In this document: positions 52,233 to 64,000 of the stretch, one piece after another
How positions within the stretch are numbered: the stretch's first letter is position 1
Layout: the number at the start of each line of letters is the position of its first letter
DNA from: Marsupella aquatica
Taxonomy: Eukaryota; Plantae; Marchantiophyta
Reading direction: 5' to 3'
Length of the DNA: 64,000 nt
Assembly (NCBI GenBank): GCA_973895155.1
Contig: OZ316891.1
Span: 12,584,771-12,648,770 of the forward strand
Translations under genes and position numbers: made by a program
Notes under the pieces: model-generated
Seen by the model: only the letters and a program-made list of their open reading frames with translations
What the model was told of the DNA's origin: nothing
Database searches by the model: none

Positions 52233-54189
52233 ATATTGTCACTTGATTTCCCATGGTCGAAGTTGATGTCCCGTGCTTGGACGTGAGAAACCCTGCCGAG
52301 TTTCAATGGAACAGTAAGCTGAGTACCATGCTGTGCTTCTACATGGGGCGTACAGGGCAATGTGGTGATTTTGAGCAGAGAATGGGCTTTCTTAGGGCCC
52401 ACATTGTTTCGGCATACCACTGTTTTGTAGTTAGTGCAACAACTCTACTTGTTGTTACCCGGGTGGTTAACTCGGAGAATTCTGTGAAGTTGAGCGTGAG
52501 GGAAATCTGAGATGGGCAAGTGCCTTGTGTACAATAAGGAGTGGTTTCTCTTGCAATTTGAGCGACGGCTGTCGATGAGTTTGTGAGTTAAGTCATGTTT
52601 AACATCGAAAGCGCCCTGGTGATCTTACAAGTCAGTCTCCAGAACGAAGGACCCTTGATTAGCTCGTTAGAAGTCTCACGCTGGTAGGTTCCTTTAAGTA
52701 AACTTATTAGTGGGAGCACTTAGTCCTAGCCTAAGGGGCTCGATCTGTATGGCCTAGGTTTTTGACCCATACAGAATAGCTCAAGCAGGAGGTCATAGTC
52801 GTCGGCGCTTTCACCAGAGAGGGGCATCCTTTGAAGGAAACCTCCACTGCCTTCAATTTTATGGGATCGTCCCAAGTGACTTTAGGTGAAAGAAGGGGGT
52901 TTCCCCGCTAGTACTGATGTCAAGAAACAACTAGGGTTGCAGAGTCGAGAAGCTCTCAGATTACTTCACAAACTGGGTCGGCCAACTGAGTTTGAGGATC
53001 GAGAATTTATGGCTTATCTCACATGGATAAAGTATGTTGGTGAGCCAGACCCCGGTGAAATGCTGCTATTTTTACTGCGATCCTCTTTTTAAGGATAACG
53101 TTTTGCATAGATCTGAATCTGTCGTTTGGTTTCGCTCTTGAACTCCGTTGCACTATCCTGATTTTTCTTTTGCTGAGCGAATGTTTCAATCATGTATTTC
53201 CTTCAACATTTGTCCAGGATTTGGATTTCCGATGAGGAATTTCTGAATCACCATTGGCAGTTTTATTTCTGAAGTTCAGTTAAGGAATCCAGCAACTGAC
53301 TAAATATCTCTAATCAAAAGCGCCAAGATAATGGATCCGTCGTAGGTTTTACCTGTTTCTCGTACATTTGTTTTGTTTTAAGCTTGGGACTGTGATGCTT
53401 CGTTTCTTTTTTCTTTGCGTCGGTTTCAACTTTGACGAGTGATTATGGCATCTGTGGCTTGTCCATTAAAAAGTGCTGCATACTTCAGCCTGGAGTTTTG
53501 TTTGAAACTTCGTACTACAATGTTTTGATTCTTGTTTCTTTGCAAGACGAGTGACTATCTTTGCTCCCTTCGTTCAATACGAAAATCTGCATACTTCAGC
53601 AAATATGTCGCATCTTGCAATTTGTTTTGCCACTTGAAGACGCTGAAGAAGTAGGGTCTAGTCTAATTCATGAAAGTGCAATCCAAGAGTAATGAGAACA
53701 TCGGTCATATGTCAGTCTCGGGATTGCCGTTCACATCATGTGAACTTCAAATTGATAGTTCAAGCCAAAAGAGTCTTTCTGTGAGGACGATCTTTCTTCA
53801 ACGTAGTTAGTTCCAATGCAAACACAGCCTAGGGAATTACGCTGACAGAGTAAACAGTGACTGCCTTGAGCTCCGTCCTATCATTGTTGATCGAGAGAAT
53901 GTACCGATCGAATTCTGGGGAGACATTAGGTAAAGTATGTGGGCCATTAATTTGTTCCATGATTATGCAATGCTTCTTTCCTGACATTCTGTAAATCTCG
54001 GCAGCGGTTGCTCTTCCTGGTGGCTCTCACTTTGGTACGACATCATCATACGGATATTTCTCTAGAATTCTTAAAGTTCGAATGTTAACTATTACGATTA
54101 GGCACAGAAGGCTTCGAAGACACCTTGGATGGATTCGCCGAATTTTCTCAAAGACTACATAATAATCATGTAGACACCGTGCGATTTCT

Positions 54190-54870
54190 TGAAAAATATT
54201 TTAAGCTTTTCTGTTCCCCTTCGAGTTAGTGGACAAGCATTTTCAAGCCAAAAACATTGCGCTTGAAAAGTATTTTAAGCTTTTCTGTTCCCCTTCCGAG
54301 TTAGTGGACAAGCATTTTCAAGCCAAAAACATTGCCTTGAAAAAGATCCACGACATACGAAAGCCATAAGAAGCCAATGCCCGCTAATGCCCGCTAATGC
54401 CCCAAACGACGAAGAACGATGCAAGATCGGCTAAAACGTAAAGATCATGCGCAATTGGCTATCGGTTGCAAAATGTGCAAATCCAACATGATATAATCAT
54501 GTTCACGGCCCGTGTTGACACCTCTGAATTGTCCTCACCTCTAGGAATGAAGGTGGTTGCTTATCGAGGTTTGCGAGTTTGTGATCGTCTCCAAGAAATT
54601 GCGGATCCGGGATTGCGATGAGAACTCTGACCTCCGCGTTTTGATCAAGGGTTAGAGAGACCGAAAGCTTCGCCTGGCTGGTCAGACATTGTTGAAGGAG
54701 TGGGTTGCATGAGGCTTGTCGCAGACGGACAAGTGTACATCGGTGACTTATGATCGAGAAGGACCGGCCCTCCATGTCAGACATTTATAGAGGAGAGGGT
54801 TGCATGAGGCTTGTCGCAGACGGACAAGTACATCGGTGACTTATGATCGAGAAGGACCGTCCCTCCATCT
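54190..54870. repeat. Two short tandem duplications (~73 bp at 54190-54340; ~95-bp period at 54700-54870)
   Basis: TTGAAAA.TATTTTAAGCTTTTCTGTTCCCCTT..GAGTTAGTGG twice; GGGTTGCATGAGGCTTGTCGCAGACGGACAAGT twice. Confidence 0.85.
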
Positions 54871-56229
54871 CTCTGATCACACGACAGGCTATTATCAAGA
54901 AAACCTCACAAAAAGTGCCGTCAAAAAATCGCTAATGTCCCAATTTGCGTGTTTCAATCCAACTGCTTTCCTTCGTTTAATCTTAAAAGGAAAGACCCAT
55001 ACGCGTCGTAGGACACCCTGAGATCGTGAAATTTCTACTCTGTGCTCATCGGCACGTCTTGGGAAACAGGATCTAGAAGCCACAAACAGCGCCAAGAACC
55101 TCAAATTTGTGTGGTGACGGTTGCCTGTGGTTTACCAGATTCTCAATTATAATCCGGTGAAGCACTTATAATTGAGGAAACTTTGAAAATCATTGAGGCC
55201 TCGCAGCAAACAATCAAGCCTGCAGTCGATCAGGCGTGGCATGAAGAGCACAGCGTAAGTCTGAACCGTAGGTCACACACCACAAGCTTAATACGGCGGA
55301 TCGCAGCACAGTGGTTATGAAAGCCACTTCCATTTATGCTAGTCCCATTGTATCCAAGCCACGTTCAATTGGCAAGCTTACGTCCCCTACCAAATGGATA
55401 TCTCTGCGCTGAACACGTGCCCTTGTTAATCCTCGGACCTCGGGAGAAATTCTACGAAATTAAGTCGATATCATGTGTATCTGCGTAGTGACATCGCAAA
55501 TTTAGCAAGCACTAGAATACCTTGTCTCCGAATCAGTTCCCCAAACAATACAGGTCTTTACCTTACCGACGACTGTGCACGACCACTCTCGAGGGCAGAA
55601 CCCTAGAAGAGAGAGCTTGAAGAGCAACCCCAAAATGCATACGCATTGCATCCGCTTTGTTTTCGTGGTTTCTGCGTAGACGTGAAAGACGATCTTGAGT
55701 TTACTTCTAAGATGCTTCGGTACTTCGTAAAAAATTCCCGAGAGCCTTTAACAAGTTGGCCTTCACTCACTACGAGGTTCACCCCCGAGCCGACTTCGGG
55801 AACTTCTCCTTCGGCTCGGGGATTTCTCCACAACTACCCTAAACTTGAGCTATGCTGCCTTGTCGAATGTGCTTATCTATGAACTACGCTGCCTGTCGAA
55901 TGTCCTTATCTAAACTTAAGAAGAATGTAAACGAGTGTCAGTATCTAAATTAGCTTCCGCTGTTGATCATAACCCATGTGTCTGTCAGCTGCCTGCCAAG
56001 CACACCATATGATTAATTGATGCAAGAATCAGCAAGATAGCCTATTATACTATTGCCGACCCGGCGAATGCCTCGAACCTATGAACGATCATCCTAAGGG
56101 AACATCAATATACATACACTCCAGCCGGAAAGAGAGGATTCGCTTGGCGTCGCCAGCTAAAATGAGGAAGAGAGAGAACGAGCGACCCATTTTTCCCACT
56201 GAAATCTAACTGTTTCTGCTCTACTCATA

Positions 56230-57198
56230 TCATCTACGTCCGTGCTGCAAACCGTTTCGTCGTTGCGAATCATACGTCCATTGGGAAGAACCCTGCACAC
56301 TGTAGGCTGCAGCATAATCGTCTGAAGTAAGCGGTTGTTGCCTGCCATATCCACCGTCCGTGACCGGAGAAATTCCGTCGTAACTTCCAGGAGGAAACCG
56401 TCCTCGCCTTTCCAGGCTGGTAAGGTCTGCTCGTAAGCTTTCTACTTCCCTAGCCATGGCAACCAAGTTCTTCTCGGCGAGTTGCTTTTGCTCGAGGTAC
56501 TGACTGTTGACGGATTTCTCGTATTCATAAGCAGTCCTGGTTCGCTGCACGTCCTGTCGCAGGCTCTCAATTTCCACCTTTAGGGCAGGAATTTGCTGCG
56601 CTTCGGTGCGGAACCGGTGCAAATCTGTGTTCACATTCCTCAATTGCTGTTGTAATTCGTGCATTAGAGTGGTGTACCTTTTAGTCTCAAACCGCGCTTG
56701 CTGCAGTTCCACCTTAAGGGGCTCATTGGCACGGAGGTCAGCTTCGAGCTTGGCAGAGTTCTCAAGGAGCGCCCTTACCTGCCCGTCTTTCTCGGATTGG
56801 ACACCTGCCAGTAATGCCTGCATCCGTTGCCCTTCTTGCTGTGCTGCGAGCAACTCCTGTCTCAGCGCCACGTGAGCGTCCGCGAGATGTTGATTCTCCG
56901 TCAGGAGTAAACGAATTTCATTCTGCTGGGCTTGAATCGTTTGGTCCAGCACAGCGGTCGGCGGTGGTCCGTTTACATAATCGTTCTTCACAAAATTCCG
57001 TTGCAACTCCGGCGGTTGTTGTTGTTGTTGTTGCTGGTGCTGAATCTGAGCTTGCTGAAGCTGAGCGACCATCGCCGCCCGACTCTGGTGCTGCTGCTGT
57101 TGCTGTTGTGCAGCAAACGGCCCCAAAATCCCCGGCCCTCCCGAAGGACCTCGCATGCCACCATCTCTAGTCGATGGCAAACGAGTCCTCCCCGCCAT
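56230..57198 (-). CDS. FLX-like (FLC EXPRESSOR family) coiled-coil protein, intronless
   Basis: MAGRTRLP start; EIRLLLTENQHLADAHVALRQELLAAQQE, KLEADLRA.EPLKVELQQAR, RTAYEYEK, EKNLVAMAREVESLRADL. PolyQ tracts. Confidence 0.88.
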   Translation of the reverse strand: MAGRTRLPSTRDGGMRGPSGGPGILGPFAAQQQQQQHQSRAAMVAQLQQAQIQHQQQQQQQPPELQRNFVKNDYVNGPPPTAVLDQTIQAQQNEIRLLLTENQHLADAHVALRQELLAAQQEGQRMQALLAGVQSEKDGQVRALLENSAKLEADLRANEPLKVELQQARFETKRYTTLMHELQQQLRNVNTDLHRFRTEAQQIPALKVEIESLRQDVQRTRTAYEYEKSVNSQYLEQKQLAEKNLVAMAREVESLRADLTSLERRGRFPPGSYDGISPVTDGGYGRQQPLTSDDYAAAYSVQGSSQWTYDSQRRNGLQHGRR

Positions 57199-57654
57199 AC
57201 TCCTCCTACTCCTACGCTCGGCCCCTCCCAACTCGCCAATCTTCGACAATCCTCCTAATCTGTCAATCTGAAGCTCTTTCCTTTTCCGATTCTGCTCAAT
57301 CTTGGTGTTCTCCAGCTTCCCACTCTTGCACCTTCCCTTCCTTCACCCTTTCCTCTCCTTTCCTTTCCTTTCCTTTGCTTTCCTTTGCTTTCCTTCGCTT
57401 CGCTTCCGTTCCGTTCCGTCGTTCGCTTCGTCTTCGCTTTCTTCGTCTTCCTGGCGTCCTCGTCCTGCTCGTCCGCAACTGCTGGACAACGAAGGACCAG
57501 AGCAATCATATGGGACCATAACCACGATAACGAACGAAGGACCAATTTTCGGTTCTGTTCCGTCGGTTCGGTTCGTCTTCGTTTGGGTTCTGCGTTTACT
57601 TCACTACATTATTAGGAAACTGACTAGTACTGTTACAGTCCTCTCTCTCTGCTG

Positions 57655-58160
57655 TAAGTGCACACTCTGGGAGCAAGCATTCGGTGTGCACTAAAGGAGT
57701 TTGCATTTATCGCTGCTTACTCGCCTCCACTTACTTCTTCACTACAGTGGTGAACTACCGTAGTCTCTCTCTAAGTGCACACTCCGGGAACAACGCATCC
57801 GGTGTGCAGTAAAGGGGGTTTGCACTTATCAATGCTTTCTTGCCTCCACTTTTTCACTACATTAGTAAGGTACAGTCGTCTCTGTCTAAGTGCACACTCG
57901 GGGAACATGAGTGTGGTGTGCACTAGAGGGGTTTGCATTTATCTCTGGTTACTCGCCTCCACTTTTTCACTATATTAATAAACTACCATCATCTCTCTCT
58001 AAGTGGTCATCTCTCTCTAAGTGCACATTCCTGGAACAAGCATCCGGTGTGCATTAAAGTGGTTTGCATTTATCAGGGCTTACTATATTAGTAAACTACA
58101 GTTGTCTCCCTCTACGTGCACACTTTGGAAACAAGCATCAAGTGTGCACTAAAGGGGTTT
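57655..58160. repeat. Five ~115-bp tandem units, each with an internal inverted repeat
   Basis: AGTGCACAC-N~18-GTGTGCACT at ~57658, 57774, 57889, 58020, 58115. Confidence 0.85.
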
Positions 58161-58472
58161 TTGCAATGCATGATAAGTGTAGAGCAGTGGAATTATGCTC
58201 TTATCAATAAAAGTGTATCGTTTACAACTTTTGCTAGATGTGCAAGTGAACGGTCTCGTGACTCCCAACCTACATTGTACATCCATCCATACCTTAAACT
58301 TGGTCCCCTTTGCCATAAGTGCAATTTTTGCTCCACTAATAAATGTCATGTACTTATCAGTCTGTGAAATTTGATGGGATTGTGTCCTTATATGTAAGTG
58401 TTCATGTACAATTATTGAGGGTTGCACTCCCAGTGACAATTTAGCGAGAAAAATTCAGGCCAGTTTGCAATT

Positions 58473-58662
58473 AAGGTGCCCAAAAATTGCAAAGCTCAGT
58501 GTAAAAAATTTGAAGAAGGGACCCTTTGCAGTTATGAATTTGTGCACTTATACAGAGAAGACTTTGCAATGAAGGTGCCCCAAAATCGCAAAGCTCAGTG
58601 TAAAAAATTTGAAGAAGGGACCCTTTGCAGTTATGAATTTGTGCACTTATACAGAGAAGACT
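58473..58662. repeat. ~100-bp near-perfect tandem duplication
   Basis: AAGGTGCCC..AAAGCTCAGTGTAAAAAATTTGAAGAAGGGACCC...ACAGAGAAGACT twice. Confidence 0.9.
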
Positions 58663-58817
58663 GTATAGTTCACTTCCTTCCACCTGTGTGTAATATGGGA
58701 TGGTGATGGCCAGTGTATTTTTTATGATTCTTTCTTTTTGGCCACTGGTGCCAATGTCACCTTGTGTGAAGGAGAAGATGTTAGTAATTTAGTCCTTATC
58801 TAAATTTCCTAGATTAA

Positions 58818-60549
58818 CTAGTTCAATACCCGTGCATTGCACAAAAGATGTAGTGACAGCCAAGATGTCGTTGAGAACAAAAGAGATCATGTCGGCCAAG
58901 AGGTGGTTGAGAAGAAAGATGTCGTGTTGGCCAAGAGGTCATTGAGAAGAAAGATGTCGTGTCGCCCAAGATGTCGTTGAGAACAAAAGATGTCGTGTTG
59001 ACCAAGATGCCGGTGATAACAAAAGATGTCATGTCGCCCAAGATGCCGGTGATAACAAAAGATGTCGTGTCGCCCAAGATGCCGGTGATAACAAAAGATG
59101 CCGTGTCACCCAAGATGTTATTAAGAAAAAAAATGTCGTGTCATTAAGAAAAATGGATATTGTGTCACCCAAGATGCGATTAAGAAAGAAAGATGTGGTG
59201 TTGCCCAAGATGTTCTTAAGAAAAAAATGTTGCATTGCCCAAGATGTTGTGAAGAAAACCGATGCGTTGCACAAAAGATGTAGTTAAGAAAAAATAAATT
59301 GTGTCGCCAAAGATGTTGTTATGTAAAAGGTGTTGTTAAGAAAAAAAGTCAAGTTGCCAAAGATGTCATGACGTAAAAAGATTTTGTGTCACCAAAGATG
59401 TCGCGACATAAAACGATGGCATTAAAAAAAAAGGCGTGGAGTAAAACGATGTTCAGAAAAAAGAAGTTGTGTCGCCAAAGATGTCATGAAGTAAAAAGAC
59501 ATCGTTATGTGAAAGATATTGCCAAGTAAAAAGATGTCGGGAGGCAAAGATGTTGTTATGTCAAAGATATTGTCAAGTAAAAAGAAATCGTGTCGCCAAA
59601 GGTGTTGTGAAGTAAAAAATACATCATCAAGTAAAAGATGTCATCAAGTAAAAAGTTGTCATGATGCCAATAATGTTGTTATGTCCAAGATCCATGTGGT
59701 CAAGTAAAAAGATGTTGTTATAATGTCAAAGATGTTGTCAAATAAAAAAGATGTCATCATAGATGTTATAATATAAAAAATGTCGTTAGTCATAGATGTT
59801 GTGAAGTAAAACATGTCGCTAAGGAAAAGATGTGCAAAAATTGTAAATAAATTATATGTTCTTGCTCATAAGATGTCATTAAGTAAAAGACATCTTTGCT
59901 CAAAAGATTTCTAAGTAAAAAAAGATATAGTTGGCAAAAGTCAAAGCATGATGAATGCCATTATACTAAAGATGTTATTAAGAAACATATCATGACACAA
60001 AATATATAACTGAGTAAAAGATTTTCCGGTTAAAAAGATCTCATTGTCCAAAAAATATTATCTAGTAAAAGATGTCATGGGGCAAAAAATGAGTGACAAC
60101 AATCACAAAGTATCACCAGTTAAGAATGATTTTTGTCTTTGTATTTTTCATTTTTTTCATTCCTTCTAAACCTGCCTTTTGTACTATTTTTTGGTTTGAT
60201 GTTTTCTATTACATTATGTAATATTGTAACCAATTAAACTCCTCGTATGACATAGATTATCATAGGGTACTTGATATGGATTCTAGGCATGGCGAGTACT
60301 ATTTCTATGCATGAATGACTTCCTATGCATGGATAGTACTATACCTAGATGGTCCATAAGGTATTTGATTATTGTGCATTGGCATTCCCTGGCATTTCTT
60401 GCTTGGAAAAAGTGTCACTCTTTATTTCACACTAAATATAATTCATTTTTTTGGTTTATTCCTTCTTTTGGTCAGATTTTTTAATTTGTGTGCCCTGCAA
60501 ATTTGAGTGACGACCACTCTAAAAAATGGCTCAACTGTGTATTATAGGA
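58818..60549 (-). mobile_element. Non-autonomous Helitron-like element with internal (A)CGACATCTT minisatellite
   Basis: Minus-strand 3' end GTGCAATGCAC(GGG) hairpin, then TATTGAA, then CTAG|T. 5' end TCCTATAATACA...GGTCGTCA. ~39-bp repeats at 58950-59120. Confidence 0.7.
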
Positions 60550-60554
60550 GTTAA

Positions 60555-60745
60555 TATCTGACCATCAGACCGCGTAAGATTTCAGGATAACTACCAGATT
60601 CTAGCTAGCGGGGTCTGTGATGGGCTAGGGTGGGAAATTTGCTGAGGGCAAACCAAAGGTAGCAAATTTAGCTGAATGTGGCAAATACTTTTAAGAGAGG
60701 TGGAGTCTACCTAAGCCAACCTTTGCCACTAAAACAAATGCAGGT
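60555..60745 (-). mobile_element. Degenerate partial copy of the hAT-type MITE family
   Basis: Reverse complement resembles the 47783 element (TGACC.TCAGA...AGATTT.AGG; TTTGCCACTAAAA). Confidence 0.5.
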
Positions 60746-63251
60746 GAGGCTTGGGTGCAACTGAGGGGGGGCAAGGGGTGACTCATAACCATATGCTCTC
60801 AATTCCAACACTTTGTTCCAGTTCCAGTTTTTGTGCAGCTAAAGGATCTACTTCTGCCTGCTACATAGGTTATACACTCCAAACTGTCTCGGATGGTTTA
60901 ATGTGTTATATGCCACAGGCATATATAGTGATGCAGGAATTTATATGGAAATATACAAGAATCTCAGTTGAAGGTCCCTCCCCCCCCCCCCCCCCGGGAA
61001 GCTAATTGCGCGGCTTCCTCATGAGTCCACTCATGGTGGTTTCCCCTTTCTCAAATATACTATAGAAGGGGATGGCGTTGGCTGGGCAGGACACTGACCA
61101 ACGAGACAGAGAGGTAGGTGGTGGAGTAGAATTTGTCTACATCAACAGATCAATGGTAATACCAATTCAGACGTGGGAAAATTGAAGCCTAAATTTAAGG
61201 CTCAACATGTAAGCGTCCCATGTATATATAGAGAAAAGTTAATGTACCATATGTAAAATGTATAATATGACTATTTAGATCTACCCAATGAATTTATGAT
61301 TTACTAGGTCCTCTGTCCCGTTTTTTGTTCACAACTGATCCAATAGTATCATACTCTTAGTTCTGTAAAGGAGAAAAAGGACATTGAAATGTTGAGGAGA
61401 AAACCCTGCCCTTTACCACTTTGCTGGCTCCCAAGTTTTTTCCCCTTCCACTCCTGATTACCCCCCCTGGTTTGGAAACCTTCTCCACACCGTCTAATGA
61501 TTGTTGCACTGCAAAATTTGAAAGTTCTGATTGATATCTTTAGAAAAAAGTTATGAACTATGAGACCTTGAAAATGATGCTCCTATGGACCCTGGCAAGT
61601 ATCCACGCGACCAGGATACATGGATAAACTAGGAATATTCATTGTGACAGTGTTAGTCAAATGTGGTGCATCTGGGCCAAAAAATTCATGGGAGCATTTT
61701 GGCAAACCTAGTGGCCATCCATGATTCATTTTCACCAGGCCCTTGTTCCTTGACACGGACTGAGTACGGAAAACCCATAAAAGGTATACATTTTTAAGAT
61801 AGTTCTTACCAACTATCATGCACTTGCTCTCATTATAGATTGAAGTTGTAGAGGTGGATTGAGCAATAGTTTAATTATGTTGTAGCTACTATGTTTGGAA
61901 GTTGTAGAGGTGGATTGAGCAATAGTTAATTTTCTCTGCCAATCATCTGAAGAAGTATAAATTGGAAGACAACCTTTAGTATTCGGTTTAGTTCTGCGTT
62001 TCTAGATAGAAGTTGAAGAAAATAGAGTTGGACTGTGAGAAAGGACTAATACTGACTTAACTATAGTAGAGAATTTGCATTGAGTTCCGATCTGTGTTTG
62101 TACAACTGCCTCTAAACTTCAGAACACAAATAGTAGTAGACATGTAAAAAACACAAACAAAGGAACAAATCTCGAAAGAAAATATATATCAAATGCATAA
62201 CCGGGCTAAAGCTGGAGAATCATCAACAGAAGAAAAGGGTCCAAACCAGCACTGGAGACGACCCCAGGAGAAGATTTTAATACACCCTCTTTTGAGAGGA
62301 AAGAGTGAAGCGGATGCAAGTAGACATTCAGCAAGGATCTGTCGTGGGCCGACCATGAACACCGTGACACAGCTTGACAGGAACGATTTCCAAATTCTTA
62401 CGACGGCATACCTTTCCCCTGGTACACAAAATTCCCTACCAACCATTTTTTGCAGACTGAAAGCAGTTTGACATAGAGAGCTTTTAGAACACTTCTAAAT
62501 GTTTAACTTTAGAGAGCAATAAAAGTACCAATGTTGAAGTGAGCAAAAGGCGTGTTAACCAAAGTCATAATTCGCTCAACAACAGAAGTTCACTTGGTGA
62601 AATGAAGAAATCCGAAAATTATCCCTTCCACTCACTTCAAATGAATACGTGCGTTGATGCATCCAGCAACATTACATCATTACCTAGGATTCTACCAATG
62701 GGCTTTTGGCCAGTCAAGGTGTTCACAGTCCCATGACAAAAGAACAGCTGAGAGACCAATTAATCAGTAGCCTACTCACAAGGGCTGCGTGGGAATGAGG
62801 GACTCTAAGAAACGAATGTGGACCCTGATAGATAAACAGATCCAGACCTCGTCCTCAATTGGAGATGGTGGATTGGCAGCCACTGTCGGTCTTTGTTCTC
62901 CTTGGGCTAGGCGCCAGTATTACAGAAATCGAAGTGACGTACCCTGGCTACAAGCTTCTGAACTGAAGAAAGCAATCTTGAATGGACTGCAACCGTCACT
63001 CCTCTGAACTGGAAGATGGTCAACTAGTCCATGGGAACAATCCTGGACTTGATGGAAAGCAAGAAAACAGAGGACCAGCTCCCAATGTGGGATCAGCGCA
63101 GTAGCAAGCGCGGAAACAAAATCTGGTCCAGAGATGGACCCGCCACCTTTATCTAAGCATAGAAAAGGCTAAAGAAACTATACATCGGAAAAATCCGGAA
63201 AGCGAAATGACCTATAACAGCACGTACACATTCTACCTTCTCTATTTTTAT

Positions 63252-64000
63252 TTACATGGTATCCTGCTTTGCCCTACTTGGGTCTGCCTCTATCTCATCA
63301 TCGACTCGAGATGAGTCCTGCAATCTTAAGTAAGATGCGGATGTACCGATTTCTCGGGATTCTCCTCCAGCTTTGGACCCATGACTAGGACCTGGAGAAG
63401 TGCCCCTCGATGTTTCCCGGCCACTACGGTCACAATTACCAAGGTCCTCTGGATTTTGTGTACCAGTTCGACCTAAAGTATCTATTTGCAATGGTTCGAA
63501 GCTTAATATTCTGCGTCCTTTCGCTTCAGTTCTGCCTACAGACCCGAAGTCATATCCAGAAGGTCCACTTGGAGCGCACTTGTCCTGCTGTAAAGATTCG
63601 CACAATGCTGTAGAGATCCTCTCTGACTCCAATAACTCACTGTCTGCAAAAGAATTGTTCCTACTGTGTCGCGATATGGCATTTGCCGACTTCTTAAGGC
63701 CCACTTGAACAGAGTAGGTAAAATCGTGTCCTTCGGTGTTATCATAATCCTCGCCTCTAGGGCTGCAGCTACCTCTAGACCAGATTTTATTTCCGCGCTT
63801 GCTACTGCGCTGATCCCACATTGGGGGCTGACTCGACCTGGTGGGCGTACTAGCATATCCACTTCCAGCATCACCACCGTCTCCACTGTCATATGGAGCT
63901 GTTGACATGTGTGTATATTCAGCAGAATCCCCATCAGTCTCATTCCCAGACACAAACTTTTGAGCTGAAGCAGACTTCATCAATGGTCCCCCCACCCTTG
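63252..64000 (-). CDS. Partial coding exon of an unidentified S/G/D-rich plant protein, running off the window edge
   Basis: At least 247 open codons with protein-like, probably disordered composition; no family recognised. Confidence 0.55.
   Translation of the reverse strand, partial: RVGGPLMKSASAQKFVSGNETDGDSAEYTHMSTAPYDSGDGGDAGSGYASTPTRSSQPPMWDQRSSKRGNKIWSRGSCSPRGEDYDNTEGHDFTYSVQVGLKKSANAISRHSRNNSFADSELLESERISTALCESLQQDKCAPSGPSGYDFGSVGRTEAKGRRILSFEPLQIDTLGRTGTQNPEDLGNCDRSGRETSRGTSPGPSHGSKAGGESREIGTSASYLRLQDSSRVDDEIEADPSRAKQDTM

Noticed and set aside
57655-59200. Possible CRISPR-like arrays (palindromic repeats, regular spacing)
   Set aside because: The inter-repeat sequences are homologous to each other rather than unique spacers, there are no cas genes, and the context is eukaryotic.
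58823-59707. Repetitive ORFs (TSFVITGILGD, KDVVSPKM); similar ones at 22359-22654 and 38322-38570
   Set aside because: Translation artefacts of the GACATCTT minisatellite.

Overview
Eukaryotic land-plant nuclear DNA. Gene content and TE families suggest a non-seed plant such as a liverwort or other bryophyte, but that is inference. Host genes: a TPR+SET methyltransferase (ATXR1/SDG35-like), an F-box/kelch protein, a 5-exon GDSL lipase, a 16-exon eIF3d, an intronless FLX-like gene, and the 3' part of an unknown gene at the right edge. A nested TE cluster at about 12.6-38.6 kb contains a complete but decayed Copia element (310-bp LTRs, TAATA TSD), Helitron-like repeats, MITEs and a LINE. The main result is a 9.1-kb Ty3/Gypsy-type element (23151-32271, minus strand) inserted in the LINE with an AATT target duplication. 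Its Pol reading frame carries a complete DNMT3-like C5 cytosine methyltransferase between protease and RT, and a PHD finger after integrase that is hidden behind a stop codon. Its two TG...CA termini do not appear to form an LTR pair. The copy seems to have been inactivated largely by C>T changes at methylatable sites. All alignments and counts were done by eye.
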